A stretch of 64,000 nt of DNA from Lingula anatina (taxonomy: Eukaryota; Animalia; Brachiopoda): contig CM120641.1 of the NCBI GenBank assembly GCA_051362555.1, forward strand, positions 15,562,001 to 15,626,000. Reading direction: 5' to 3'. Position 1 is the stretch's first letter, and each line of letters starts with the position of its first letter. The position numbers and the translations under genes were made by a program. The notes under the pieces were generated by a model. It made no database searches. It saw nothing but the letters and a program-made list of their open reading frames with translations, and had not been told where the DNA came from. Positions 27,401 to 42,400 of this stretch are shown here, one piece after another.

Positions 27401-30400
27401 ACATAGAGTCAGGTACTGAATAGACACTGAAGAATCGCAATTTTAAGTCCAATTCAGTGTTCACATTGTTGAAAGTTTTTATATTGTTAAAAATGTTCAA
27501 ATTTCAGAGCAAGTTTTATCTGTAGGTAACAAATGGTCTAGAACACAATCTCAAAACAATATGCTTCTACATTCTAAATGAATTCAAAATGATTTTGGAC
27601 AGGCTTAAGATGACACTATACCATAAATTTTTAGGTACAACAAATTGGGTCAACTCTCCCCAAGTAATGGGAGACCAGAGGTTCATTTACATCAGCGGCC
27701 TCCAGCCTGGGACTTCTTATGAGACCCGCCTCGTTGCTATGAACATGGTCACTGGAGCAGAGACTGCCAGCGACCCCCAAAGAGTGGATATCATGATTGG
27801 TGGAGTAGGTTAGTATCATGTTTAAAATGTCGATAGATGTATCAGTCCAACTGATTTCACATTTAAGGTTAAGTTTTAACAAATTTCAAGCTGATGAATA
27901 ATGGTTTGATGACATTGTTATCTTGCATTTAAAAAAACAAGCTTTATTAAAGAGGAGAACTGTTTTGATTTGAAGACCAAGATAGGTGAACTTAAGCCAA
28001 CAGTTTAGAACCTGTTGTTTTATGTATAAAGCATGAGAAGAAGAGAGGGTAGGGTGTAGATTTTATCTATCACCCATGAAACAATGTTTATATTTCTACA
28101 TATGTGTACGTAATATTTAATTTCAGTTGACCTTCGTGAATGGAATGCTTGGACAGCTTGTTCAGCTCAATGTAATGGTGGCACTCAGTTCAGATACCGT
28201 GACTGCTTTGGTGTGGGATGTATGGGAATTCAACTGAGAGAGCAAAGACCATGTAACACTCAGGCTTGCAGTAAGATCAACTTTCTTTATACAACTATAC
28301 ACCAAGTAGATAAGCGTCAAGTTAAACATTTCAGCTAGATGCCAATTTTCAGCGTATCAAATAATTTCTTATTGCTGTAACACCATATTTGAGATATATT
28401 TGGTAAAGTTGGGCAAGTGACAACAAGTGATAATGGGAAGATTTGTTCGTTTGAGACAAACAAATGCCAGGAAGTATATTTAGTAAAATACAGATAATGC
28501 AATTTCTGATTGGTCATCATTCTACTGAATTCATACAATATTTAAAGATGTTATATTATTTTACAGCATCCCAAACCATTGGTCAATGGGAGGCGTGGAC
28601 ATCCTGTACTGCAGAGTGTGGCGGGGGTATTCGTTACAGAATCCGTACCTGTACTGGACCTTGTACTGCAGTGCAACGCTTTGAGATCCAGACTTGCAAC
28701 ACACAACACTGTGCAGGTATGGATGGACACTAAATATTATATCTTCTATGAAATATTATGATCTATATGATATAAAGCTTGGGCAATATATATAAGTTAA
28801 TGCCTATTTCTATGTTTGTCTCTGCAGCTGCTGATAAAATTGAATAACAGCACATTTTTAATATGAGAGTTGTAAAATAACACTTAAAAAAATAATGTGC
28901 AAAAGACTCTTCAGGTTTTAAGCAGAGATCCCATATTGTTCAGCCGCAATGAGGCTGCTATCAAGTAGAGAATAGATAATAACAATTATACTCATTCAAA
29001 CTATTTATTTGTTCTTACAGGTGATGTGACCTATGGTCAGTGGAATGCCTGGGAGTCCTGCAGTGTGACTTGTGGTGTGGGAAGGAGAGAGAGACACAGA
29101 AGTTGTACTGGAACCGGGTGTGCCTTGGCTGAGACTGGACAGATACAGTCTTGCTACTTCAGGGAATGCGCCAGCAGTAAGTAGAATTTTTATCTTTGTG
29201 AGTTTATGGTAGACATTTGATAATATATGTACGTGTGAATCTTTAAATGAGGTTATTGCCAGTAAGTTGTTATTATAGTCTGTCATACAAATTATGTATT
29301 TTATCTGGTTAATGACATTATTAATAATGAATTAATGATGATTTCTTTAGAGATGAGAGACAGTACTCAGATGTATATTACTTTGAATCAGCGTATTGTG
29401 ATGCTTCGTAGTGTTAATCTTGATTAGTGGAGCAAAAACTTCATTTGTAACACATGTTATGTAAATATTAGTAACAATGTAAAATATTGTTTATTTTTAG
29501 TGGATCTTCATGAATGGGGAGTATGGACAACATGTACCAAACCTTGCGATGGTGGTGTGCAATATCGCTACCGTGAATGTTTTGGAATGGGCTGCGACAA
29601 AGTACCCCAAAGAGAAGACAAGCCTTGCAACACTGCACCTTGTGGTGAGTTTTTTATTTCACTGAATAAAGTTAAAATTGTTACTGTGATGAAAAAATAT
29701 TTCTGATTCTTTGCAGTATGCATAGGTTTGTTGTTAGTAAGTTGGGGAGATACTTAGTTTGATTTTAAACATTTTCTATTTTCAATACTAGACTGTACTG
29801 TTATTAGACTTCAGTCTTTTAGTAATTGTAAAAATGCTGATGAATTTCACCATATGCAGCACGGAATACTGGTTCATATACATACAGCAAAGTAACTTAA
29901 AATAATGGCTTTTTTATCTAAAAGGAAGAAAAACTCTTATGATTTCAGTGAATGTTCAAGCCTGGGGTGAGTGGGGAGTTTGTTCCAAGGAATGTGATGG
30001 CGGATTCCAGACCAGAGCTCGTACCTGCACTGGACTTGGCTGCGATATGGTTCAGAAGACTGAGCAGAGGCCATGTAATACCCAGTCATGCAGTAAGTAT
30101 CAACTGATGTAACTTCCTGACAGATATCTTGATTGTTTTTTAACATGAAGTCAGTGTGATTGTCCTTTTGGTCATTCGAAATTGAGATGTGGATGCATCG
30201 ATAAATATCTACTTGGAACATTGATACTAAAGACAAGGTGTTTGAAAGTTTGAATGGATTTAATGTAGTGATAATATCATCTAACAGCAAACTTTCTTCA
30301 AACATTACCCTGTTTGGGACTTTTCAATAAAGATGATATGTGTTGGTGTGGCAATTGTTGGAAAAAAATGTGCACAGGTGTATAATTTGTAATTTTCAGT

Positions 30401-33400
30401 GGATCTTCATGATTGGGGTGCCTGGGGAATGTGTTCTTCCCAGTGTAATGGTGGAAGACAATTCCGATTCCGTGAATGTTATGGCACTGGTTGTAACAGC
30501 GCCAAATTGCAGGAAGAGAAACCATGTAACACACAGCCTTGCTGTGAGTAAAAGTTCATTGGTTTTCTTAGCTGTATACATAGCTTCAGGAAACTATATT
30601 GTTAATAACACTGTTATATCAGTGTAGTTTTCCTAACAAAAAATTGTATTGCACTATATAGTAATAATTTATGTCATTTTATTTTGTAAAAATGCATTGT
30701 GCTATCATTGCAGTGGACATCAGTCAGTGGGGACAATGGGGCACCTGCTCAGTCACCTGTGGTGGTGGTGTGAAGACCAGGGCTAGACAATGTTTCGGAG
30801 TAGGATGCGGTGGGGTGCTGCTCACTGAACAGATGCCGTGTAATCCAAACCCTTGCTGTGAGTAATTGTGTTCTAAATTGCTCAATTATTACTTTATGTT
30901 AATTATTTTTACAACCAGCTTTTGAAAGAAATTTTTATTGATATTATTGTCATACAAGTACTGTAACTGTACATTATGCTAAATGGTATTCTTTCTTGAT
31001 GAGAATAATATTCAATTATTATCAAGCATTGTTGTAGAACACATGGGATGGCTCATGCCCCCCATAAAAAAGCACACGTATTTACTTATAATTTACTTAA
31101 AGTCTATGTTATATGTTACAGCCACTACCAGCCAATGGACTCAGTGGGGTCTGTGCAGTGTGACATGTGGCGCGGGAGAACAGGCTCGCACCAGGACATG
31201 CACAGGAGCTGCATGTGCAGGACAACCTCTGCGCGAAACCAGAATATGTCAGCTGCAGCCATGTAGTAAGTTTTTTTATCACTTAATATTTCTTCTGAGT
31301 TTGAAGCTGGTTGCAACTTCATAGATTACACTATTGAATACTATACATATTAAACAACATCATTGCTCCACTCAACTCTGTCACATTCAATTTGACAAAC
31401 TTTTTCACACCTAACACAATGCGTTGCACTTGCAGCTGATTTGACTCAGTGGACTGCTTGGGGTCCTTGCTCAGTCACTTGTGGTGATGGGAGACAGTTT
31501 AGGACCAGGTCCTGCACAGGGCCTGGCTGTGTAGGCTCTAGTTTGACAGAGAGCAGGTTTTGTAGCATGCCTCAGTGTAGTAAGTGTGCTTCTTGCATGT
31601 TTATCTTTTTAGCTATAGCCAGTAGTTGTGGAATATGAAATGAAAATATCTGGTTAAGGAACAAGCCACATTAGTAATTTATGATTGATTTCATGATTTT
31701 GTAATTGATTGTGATGTATTTTGCTACATTGGTAGTGGAAAAGTTATTTTTTATATGGTCTGAGTAGAAACAAATTATTGAAAGGGGGATTTCTTTTTTA
31801 TGTTTCCTTTTAGTTAGATAGTGTATTTATTTGTTACTTCATCGCTGATCTTTTGGCTTTTATTTTGGATTTCTCATAAAAGAAGATAATCTCAAATTCC
31901 AGGAGCTCTGTCTCAGTGGACTCAATGGGGAACATGCTCTGTCACCTGTGGGGATGGAACTCAGAAGAGAATGAGGACTTGCACTGGAGCAGGCTGTCAA
32001 GGTGTCAGTTTAGAGGAAACCAGATCATGTAGCCAGCAGGCCTGCAGTAAGTACACTTAAATATAGAGGGGGTTGTGTTAGCAAGATAGGACATGAGAGT
32101 TTTTGTTACTTTTTACTCACAAAACTGTGCTGTAAGGCAACATCAAATGTCTTTGTATAGTTTTGTATATTTTTGTTTTTCTCCTTTCTTCCAACACTAG
32201 CATGTTCTAGCAATGAGCTACCCTTTCCTGCTTATCTTCCTCAGCTACTTTGTCCCAGTGGACACAGTGGGGATCTTGTTCTGTAACTTGTGGTGATGGA
32301 TTACAATTCAGAACTAGAACATGTACTGGAAATGGTTGTCAAGGTTACAACCTGGAAGAGCGCAGAGTTTGTCGACAACAAGCCTGCAGTAAGTTTCCTC
32401 ATCCTTTACTGGGAAACATATCAAAATATATCAAATATTTCCCCTTATTTTTAGTAATTTTATTTCATTTATCTTTTATTATCCTATGTTCTGTCTGTGG
32501 GTATTTTTTTTTTTTTTTTTTTGCTTTTTCTTTCCTTTCTGTTGTGTTTATATCCTCCTGCTTATCTTCCTCAGCTACTTTGTCCCAGTGGACACAGTGG
32601 GGATCTTGTACTGTTACTTGTGGTGATGGATTACAATTCAGAACAAGAACATGTACTGGTACCGGTTGTCAAAGTTACAACCTGGAAGAGCGCAGAGTTT
32701 GTCAACAACAGGCCTGCAGTGAGTTTCCTCATCCTTTGCTAGGAAGCATATCAAAATGTATCGAATGTTTCCCCACAGTTTGTTTTTATTCTCGCTTTTT
32801 TCCACTTTTCCATTAAAGGTATTGCTTTTGGTATTTTTTATTTTAATGTTTTTAAGTTATTTTTAAAAAAACAACTTATCATTTTATCCTTTTCTTCACT
32901 TTTAAATTTATTCCATTTATTTTTATTATCCTATCTTGTCTTTGGCTGTTTTTCTTTCTCTGTCCTTTGTCTTTTGTTTATGTCTCCTGCTTATCTTCTT
33001 TAGCTACTTTGTCCCAGTGGACACAGTGGGGATCTTGTACTGTTACTTGTGGTGATGGATTACAATTCAGAACTAGAACATGTACTGGTAATGGTTGTCA
33101 AGGTTACAACCTAGAAGAAAGCAGAGTTTGTCGACAACAAGCTTGTAGTAAGTTTCCATTTTTTTTTGAAGAAACAATCCCACAAAAAGGAAATTGTTCC
33201 TTACTTTTTTCACACCTCTTTATATGGTTTTTACCAACATGATGATAATTGGTTTCAATATTTTTTGTTTTTAAGTACAGATTCTATGCTGTTAGAGCTT
33301 TTTCTCCTTTTCTTTCTCCCTTTTTCTCTTGCTCCTTTTTATATTTATTGTTATCCTCCTTTCTCCCACTTTGGCTATTTCTGTTCTTCTATCTTTTCTC

Positions 33401-36400
33401 TTCTGTTTATATCCCTTGCTTATCTTCCTCAGCTACTTTGTCCCAGTGGACACAGTGGGGATCTTGTACTGTAACTTGTGGTGATGGATTACAATTCAGA
33501 AGTAGAACATGTACTGGTAATGGTTGTCAAGGTTACAACCTGGAAGAAAGCAGAGTTTGTCGACAACAGGCTTGTAGTAAGTTTGCCCATCGTTTTGAAG
33601 GAAAGATTTCCACACATGGAATTTTCCCTGTTGTTTTTATTTTTAAACATTTTATGCTTTAGCAATGGTTATTGGTTTTGATATTATCTTTTTTTAAGTA
33701 TACAGTCCCTTCCATTATAACCTTTTTTGTTAGTTTGTTTTCTTTCTTCCTTTATTTTTTTACTCTTTTTTGTATTTATTATTAATCTCCTTTCTCCAAC
33801 TTTTGGCTACTTGCTTTTTTCTGTCTTTTCTCTTCTGTTTATTTTCTCCTGCTTATCTTCCTCAGCTACTTTGTCCCAGTGGACACAGTGGGGATCTTGT
33901 ACTGTTACTTGTGGTGATGGATTACAATTCAGAAGTAGAACATGTACTGGTAATGGTTGCCAAAGTTACAACCTGGAAGAAAGCAGAGTTTGTCAACGTC
34001 AAGCCTGCAGTAAGTTTCCTCATCTTTGACAAGGAAGCATCTCAAAACATGCAAAATGTTTCCCCACTGTTTGTTTTTATTCACAATTTTTTAAAACACT
34101 TTTATACATACTTTGTAATCTCTTTTGCCATTATAATAAGTAGTTTTGGTATTTTCTGTTTTATATTTTTTAGTTATTTTAAAATAAAACTTTTTGTTTC
34201 TATGTTCTTTTATATTTATTTTTATCCTCCTTTTTCCTTCTTTGAACTGTTCTTCTTTCTCTGTCTTTTCACTTGTGTTTATTTCCTCAGCTACTTTGTC
34301 CCAGTGGACACAGTGGGGATCTTGTTCTGTTACTTGTGGTGATGGATTACAATTCAGAACTAGAACATGTACTGGTAATGGTTGTCAAGGTTACAATCTA
34401 GAAGAAAGCAGAGTTTGTCGACAACAAGCTTGTAGTAAGTTTCCACATCTTTTTTTCGGAAGCATTACCACACAAGGAACTTTTCTCTGCTTTTTTTATT
34501 TTAAGACATTTATATGCTTTTATGATGGTATTTGGTTTTGGAATTTTCCTGTTTTTAATTATAGCTTCAAAACCAATAGGACTTATTTCTTATTATCTTT
34601 CTTCCATTTTCTGTCCTTTCTCTTGTGTTTATATCCTCCTGCTTATCTTCCTCAGCTACTTTGTCCCAGTGGACACAGTGGGGATCTTGTACTGTTACTT
34701 GTGGTGATGGATTACAATTCAGAAGTAGAACATGTACTGGTGATGGTTGCCGAAGTTACAACCTAGAAGAAAGCAGAATTTGTCAACGTCAAGCCTGCAG
34801 TAAGTTTCCTCATCTTTGACAAGGAAACATCTCATTACCTGCAAAATGTTTCCCAACTGATTATTTTTATACATTTTTGCCATCAAAGTAATTGGTTTTG
34901 GTATTTTTTGTTTTTAAGTTTTTGAGTTATTTTTGAATATTACTTTCCTTTGTTCTTTTATATATTTATTATTATCATCCTCCTTTATCATTCTTTTGGC
35001 TATTTTTCTTTCTCTGTCCTTACTCTTGTGTTTTTTTTCTTCCTGCTTATCTTCCTCAGCTACTTTGTCCCAGTGGACACAGTGGGGATCTTGTACTGTT
35101 ACTTGTGGTGATGGATTACAATTCAGAACTAGAACATGTACTGGTAACGGTTGTCAAGGTTACAACCTAGAAGAAAGCAGAGTTTGTAGACAACAAGCTT
35201 GTAGTAAGTTTCCAATTTTTTTAAGAAACAATCCCACAAAAAAGAAATGGTTCCTCACTTTTTTCACACCTTTATATGTTTTTTACCAACATAATGATAA
35301 TTGGTTTCAATATTTTTTGTTTTTAAGTTTAGATTCAATGCTGTTAGAGCTTTTTCTGGTTTTCTTTCTCCCTTTCTTTTCTTGTTCTTTTTTATATTTA
35401 TTGTTATCCTCTTTTCTCCCACTTTGGCTGTTTCTCTTCTTCCATCTTTTCTGTTGTGTTTATATCCCCCTGCTTATCTTCCTCAGCTACTTTGTCCCAG
35501 TGGACACAGTGGGGATCTTGTTCTGTTACTTGTGGTGATGGATTACAATCCAGAACTAGAACATGTTCTGGTAATGGTTGCCAAGGTTACAACCTGGAAG
35601 AAAGCAGAGTTTGTCAAAGACAGGCTTGTAGTGAGTTTTCACATCTTTTTAAGGAAACATTACCATACATGTATTTTTTACCGTTGTTGTTTTTATTTTT
35701 ACTCATTTTTATATGCCTAAACCATGTTAATTGGTTTTGGTATTTTTTTGGTTTTTAGAATAGATTCAGGAGTATTTTGATTTTTATTTTCTTTTCTTTT
35801 TGGTCCTTTTTGCATTTGTTATCATTAAATTCCTTTTTTCTATCCTTGGCTATTTTTCTTTCCATATCCTTTCTTTTATGTTTATTTTCTTCCGCTTATC
35901 TTCCTCAGCTACTTTGTCCCAGTGGACACAGTGGGGATCTTGTACTGTTACTTGTGGTGATGGATTACAATTCAGAACTAGAACATGTACTGGTAATGGT
36001 TGCCAAGGTTACAACCTGGAAGAAAGCAGAGTTTGTCAACGTCAAGCCTGCAGTAAGTTTCCTCATCTTTGACAAGGAAGCATCTCAAAACATGCAAAAA
36101 GTATCCCCGTTGTTTGTCTTTATACACTTTTCTCATGATACTTATTGGTTTTTGGTATTTCTGTTATCCAGTTATTTTTAAATACACCTTTTTCCTATGT
36201 TCTTTTACATATTTATTGTTATCCTCCTTTCTCCTGCTTTGGCTGTTTTTCTTTCTCCGTCCTTTCTCTTGTGTTTATATCCTCCTGCTTATCTTCCTCA
36301 GCTACTTTGTCTCAGTGGACACAGTGGGGATCTTGTACTGTTACTTGTGGTGATGGATTACAATTCAGAAGTAGAACATGTACTGGTAATGGTTGTCAAG

Positions 36401-39400
36401 GTTACAACCTAGAAGAGAGCAGAGTTTGTCGACAACAAGCCTGCAGTAAGTTTCCACATTTCTTTCAAGGAAACATTTCCACATAATGAATTTTTTCTCT
36501 AGTATTTTTGTCTTTACCCATTTTATATGCTTTTACTGTGGTTATTGGTTTTGGTATTTTCTGTTTTGAAGAATAGATTTGGATTATTTGGATTTTTCTT
36601 TTCCTTATTTTTGTCCTTTTTTCCCATTTATTATCATTATCATCCCTTCTTCTATCCTTGCCTATTTTTCTTTTTCTGTCCTTTCTCTTGTGTTTATATC
36701 CTCCTGCTTATCTTCCTCAGTTACTTTATCCCAGTGGACACAGTGGGGATCTTGCACTGTTACTTGTGGTGATGGATTACAATTCAGAACTAGAACATGT
36801 ACTGGTAATGGTTGCCAAAGTTACAACCTGGAAGAAAGCAGAGTTTGTCAAAGACAGGCCTGCAGTAAGTATTTTGTGTGTGTGTGTGTCAAGTTTCAAA
36901 GTGGTAAAACACCCTACTTGCAGACACTACACTTCTTTTGGGGCCAGACTGGTTTCACCTGAACGTGTTTGTATCCAAATCATACTTTGCCTTGGTAATG
37001 GGTAACAGGTTGACTCTATTAATTGACACTCTTTAAATATTATATGTGCAAATGGGCTTAGATGTGTGATATTTCTCATTTTTTAGTCAACTTGTCACAG
37101 TGGTCGGCCTGGGGCACCTGTTCCGTCACGTGTGGAGAGGGTATGGAGATGAGAACCAGAACTTGCGTTGGCAGCAACTGTGCCAACCAACAGACACAGG
37201 AGACCAGACCTTGCACTCGTCCTGCTTGCCGTAAGTAGTGGTTTTTGATGAAAATTTCACTGTGTGTCTCATTTTAACTGTGCATTAAAAACTTTGAATT
37301 CCTTTCATTACTTTTGCTTTATATTTCACGTACTCTTTCGCATTTTACTTATTTGCACTTGTGTTCTTTCTGTCTGCTGTTTCTACTACATTTCTTTTTA
37401 AAATGAAATTTCTCATCCCTTGGTGTTGATTACTTCATCCTTTGTGAAGCATGTTGAACTATATTTTATTTTCTTCTTTTCACTTTACTGTCATTGCACA
37501 CTCTTACTTCAGCCTGTTCTTACTATTGTCACAATTTATATCATTCCTACACAGAGGTTCTTGGTGATTGGGGTCAGTGGACTACATGCTCTGCCACGTG
37601 CGGAGGTGGCATGCAGTTCCGTAATCGTCCCTGCTCTGGCAATGCCTGTCAGTTCTTGAGAACACGAGAGAGCCGATCCTGCAACACTGACCAGTGTGGT
37701 AGGTGTGATAGTATGATTGTGAAAGGATGTGTTGGATGTGACACCATGGCAGTTTGTACTGATTCAGTATGAAGATATGCTATGACTGATTGTATAAATG
37801 ACATCATTGCATACAAACAAGTTTTTTAATGCTGAAAGTTTTTGGTTAAAAAAAGAGTTTTAAACTTACCTACGACAAGTATGGATAAGAGAGTCAATTC
37901 ACTGTCTGGGTGCAGTTAAGCATGTTATCGGAAGGTCTATTCAAGTTGCCTATTCCCACTTTCAGTTGTCCAGGCCCAGGTGTCCCAGTGGACTCAGTGG
38001 GGTCAGTGTAGTGCCCAGTGTGGTACTGGACAGCAGGAGAGAACCAGACAGTGCATGGCTGGGGACTGTACTGGAATGATGCTGAGGGAATCACAGAATT
38101 GCAATACACAACCATGTGGTGAGTATGCTATCTTTTCTATGGGACACTTAATATCACTTCTGTTTTCTTCTTTTCTTATATTTTTATGTATACTTGTAAT
38201 ATGATTTCTTTAATTTTTACTTGTAAGCAATAATCTTTATAAAATGTAAAATGAAGTATGAAATTTGACTCTGTAATTATAACCAAAATGCCTAATCATG
38301 AATCATTAATTTCAAATAAGCACTCGATTTGAATATGACTGTAATTTCTGATTCAGTCCAATATGGCCAGTGGACTCAATGGGGCACCTGCTCAGTAACC
38401 TGTGGTAGTGGTGTCCAGAGACGTACCCGTACCTGCAGTGGACTGCAATGTAATCTGAACCCAGGAGCCCTTGAGGAGACGAGAGCTTGTACCCTGCAGG
38501 ACTGTGTGTCTGGTGAGTAGGAGAGAATCAGGAACTTTTGGACTCCTTTCCTCCAACACACACACAACAAAAGAAAAACTGTAGTTATATTTCAATTTTA
38601 ACTTAAAAATAAATTGATTTTGAAATGCATGAATGATATTGACAATGAGTTTTTTTGTCAGCAAATGTAAAACACTATTAGTGTATTAAAAATCTATGTA
38701 ATATTGGCAATTGAAACAGTAATGTAAATTAAACCAGTAGCATGAAAAACTTTTAACAACTTCTAAAACCCTTTGTTTCCTAGTGAGCCTGAGTGAGTGG
38801 GGCCAGTGGGGAGCTTGTAATGCTGAATGTGATGGAGGCGTGCAGATAAGAAACAGAGCTTGTTTTGGCAACGGCTGCCAAGGACAACGTCTCCAGGAGA
38901 CCAGAAGCTGTAACCAACAGCCTTGTGGTAAGTGGTAGAATTTTTGTTTATTGCAGCTGCTGGTATTATAAGTTTTGTATTAAAACTAATTTAACACTGG
39001 CAAATATTGATCAACAAACACCTGTTTCTTCAAAGTTGTGTCAGTCAATAAAAATTTCTGGTACAAACATAGTATCTGATTTTTTTCCAGCTGTGTTTTC
39101 AACCATTTCCTTAATAGATATTCCTCTTCAATTAACCATAATCTCTCTCTCTTTCAATCCCAGTGTCTCTCTCCCAGTGGGGTCAGTGGTCAGTTTGTCC
39201 AGTCACCTGTAATGGTGGCACTCAGGTCAGGTCTAGGGCCTGCTTTGGCAGTGGGTGTGCCGATGTCCAGTTACAGGAGTCTCGCCCATGTGGACAGGAA
39301 CCTTGTGGTAGGTTTAGGACTCATGTTGATTATCACTGGACTTCGTGGCAGAGCAATAGCTACTAACATTGCATTGTATTTTAAAGCTTATGCTTTCCTT

Positions 39401-42400
39401 TTGGAGTTTTTTGTTTGTCAGTTTATGTATTAATGTGTTGTTTTGTACTGTACTGTATCGCAGTGGGAATTTTTATGGTACTTCAAAACTGTGGATTTCT
39501 TGTTATGTAAAATGTGCAGTTAATAGCTGCACTGATGATTTTGCCATCAAAAGAGATTTGGAGAAGACTGCCATCTGGTCATTAAAGTCCTCCTTTTGTG
39601 GAGGACCAAAGTGGCCTGTCTTTCTTTAGGTTGCCACCTTTTTCATATATTATTTGCTTTGCTTGTTAGTATCAGAACCACAGGTTACAGAATGGGGTCA
39701 GTGGACGCAGTGCACTGCAACTTGCAATGGTGGAATACAGTTCCGTAGCCGCGCTTGCTTTGGTGCTGCATGCGTTGGTGTGCAATTGCAAGAATCACAA
39801 GCATGCAACCAACAACCATGTGGTATGTTTCCTCAGCAGTTCACCAGGCAGCTGGGATTAACACTTATAACCTATGATAACATTCTTCAATAGCACTACC
39901 TTATTCTGATTGCCATTTTAATTCTCACCTTGTCATCTTTAGATTTAATCTCTTATCTCTGTACCATACTTTTCCAGTGTTGACCATCATATGATCACTT
40001 TGCTGGTAACACACTCTGTTTCTGTGTATACATGGAGATGGTGCATCCTTTTTATTATCATGATGTTACTCTTACTATACACAATGTTACTTCTTTTCTC
40101 AAGTCTTTCTAATAATGATGTGGTCATCTTTTCCTTATACTTACAGGTTTGTGACTGTTTCTTAACTACAATAACTATTTTAGCTAATCAAATAACAGAC
40201 GTCTTTGTTAAATCTCTCATATACTAATGATGTTTTCATACTATTTCAGTGGATGTATCATTATTGATGGCAAGCTATTCTCTATTCTTATTTCAAGTTT
40301 TCATCTGTACTAATAATGATTTACATATACTTTAAACAGAAACATTTCTTCAGTTTCTTCAGTTTACTAATATGATAATCTCTGTAAAATAGACCAATTT
40401 GATTTGGTATTTGTTGTGGCATATTTAAAACAATTACATCAAAGAGCATGGTTTGAAATGTAAAAGATGAGATTCAGATCACTCAGTTGATTGTTTTATA
40501 ATTGTAAAACTTTGTTATACCTTTATTTGCTAAAAGAGGCATGTCTAATTTACTGAATAATGACAAAAGTGTTCTGATGGTTCGACTGTTATATGTGACA
40601 CTGTGTTAGTTGTGCCATTGTGTTAGTTGTGACACTGTCTTAGTTGTGATGACATTGTTCTCATTTTACAGTCAGTGTTACTGAATGGAGCAACTGGGGC
40701 CAGTGTTCTGCTGAGTGCGATGGTGGTCTCCAGGTCCGCCAAAGAACATGCACAGGTGGCGCTGTAAATTGCCAGAACGTACAACTGCAGGAGTCAAGAG
40801 CCTGTAACTCACAGCCATGTGGTAGGTGCATCAGACCTGGGAGACTGTGATAGGATTTTTTGCAAATGCTTATATAACGAAAATAATATATATATGAGGC
40901 CTGCAAGGAAATTGCAGAAATATGATATAAAATTTAGTATTTGTACAAGCAGGTACAATAGAAATTCATTTACATGTAGTCCAGTATTTGATTATTCTCA
41001 CTGCATAATTTTCACTTCAGGTCCCAAACCATACATTACATTCCAGTATTTCTGCAGTATTTGCTGTTCGCCTGTGATTAAATCTCATTTGGTTATGTTT
41101 CAGTGACCCTCACCCAGTGGAGTGAGTGGGGCACCTGCTCTGTGACTTGTGGGCAAGGTCTTCAGTTCAGAAACCGTCAGTGCACAGGCAGTCGCTGTGC
41201 TGCAGTCATCAAACAGGAGTCCAGACCCTGCACTCTCCAGCAGTGCCCAAGTACTAACACTGGTAAGGCATTCAGCTCTGGGTTAATTTTTGTTAATAAA
41301 TTCAGATGTCATGCTGTGGGCATTCATAATTATTGGATGTAATTGAATGAAAGTATCTTTTAAAAAAGTAATTGAAAATTGATTCAGATGTCATGAGATA
41401 ATATGAACAGTTTGAAAGTGAATCAAATATCCTTCATTCTTCACATTTTAGGTCCAGTGAAACCATCGGTGTTTGTGAGTCCTTTGTCCACTGGGCAAGG
41501 TGTTAATGTAACCTGGGTACCTCAGACCCCCAACATGGGCTACACATATGTCCTGCAGTATCGTACACCTGGTAAGTTCTTCTCAACATCTGTCTCCTCT
41601 TAAAAGTACCCCAGAAATTGCAAAGATCTGTGCAAACTGTACATGTTAATGCATATAAAAAATTCTTGCAAAGTGGACTTCATATAATTAATAATGTGAA
41701 TGAACTTTCAAGTTGTATATTTTTATCAAAATTTAGGTGCTTTCTCCTGGACTAGCGGTGGTATGGAAACTTTCCGAGGGTGGATGGTTGTGCCAAACCT
41801 TCCTCTAGGCACCTATGAGATGAGAGTGATTGTTACTGCACCCAATGGACAGGAGACTGTCAGTGACATCATCAGAGCTGAAGTGGCCAACCAAGGTACA
41901 CCGTCACAACCTAACACAATAGTCAGTTATATGTCACACTTAACACAATTGTTATAATTGTTATCTGACCTTTCACACAACATTCAGTATTATTAGTTGA
42001 TGTTGTGACTTACAAAATGCCATTCTTAGTTTGATAGCACATTCATGAGATGTGATTAGTATGATTAACATTGACACACTTGCTGTGTAGATGCAACTTA
42101 ACATGGCCACTCAAATCAGTTGTATATGTACAATTTAAAAGAGGTATATTTCATAAGGCTGTAAATGATGGATAAAAAATACGCCATCAATTTTAGTCAA
42201 CTTACACAAGACTTAAGATTTTCTTTATTTTTCAGGTCCAGTACTCCCCAATCTGATCTTCTCCCAGAGCCCCACAGGTTTGAATGTGTCCTGGGTCCCC
42301 ACTGACTCTGGACATAACCACATTGTGCAGTACAAGAGATCAAGTAGGCAGATTCACTTTTCTTTTTAATATTTGCGGTTCTTGTATCTTGTGCTTAGTG

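Noticed and set aside
32389-36720. Phe/Leu/Ser-rich ORFs as separate membrane proteins
   Set aside because: They are translations of T-rich introns running into TSP1 exons.
32245-36864. CRISPR-like pattern of conserved repeats with variable spacers
   Set aside because: The repeats are 144-nt coding exons flanked by AG/GT, the spacers are related introns, there are no cas genes, and the context is eukaryotic.
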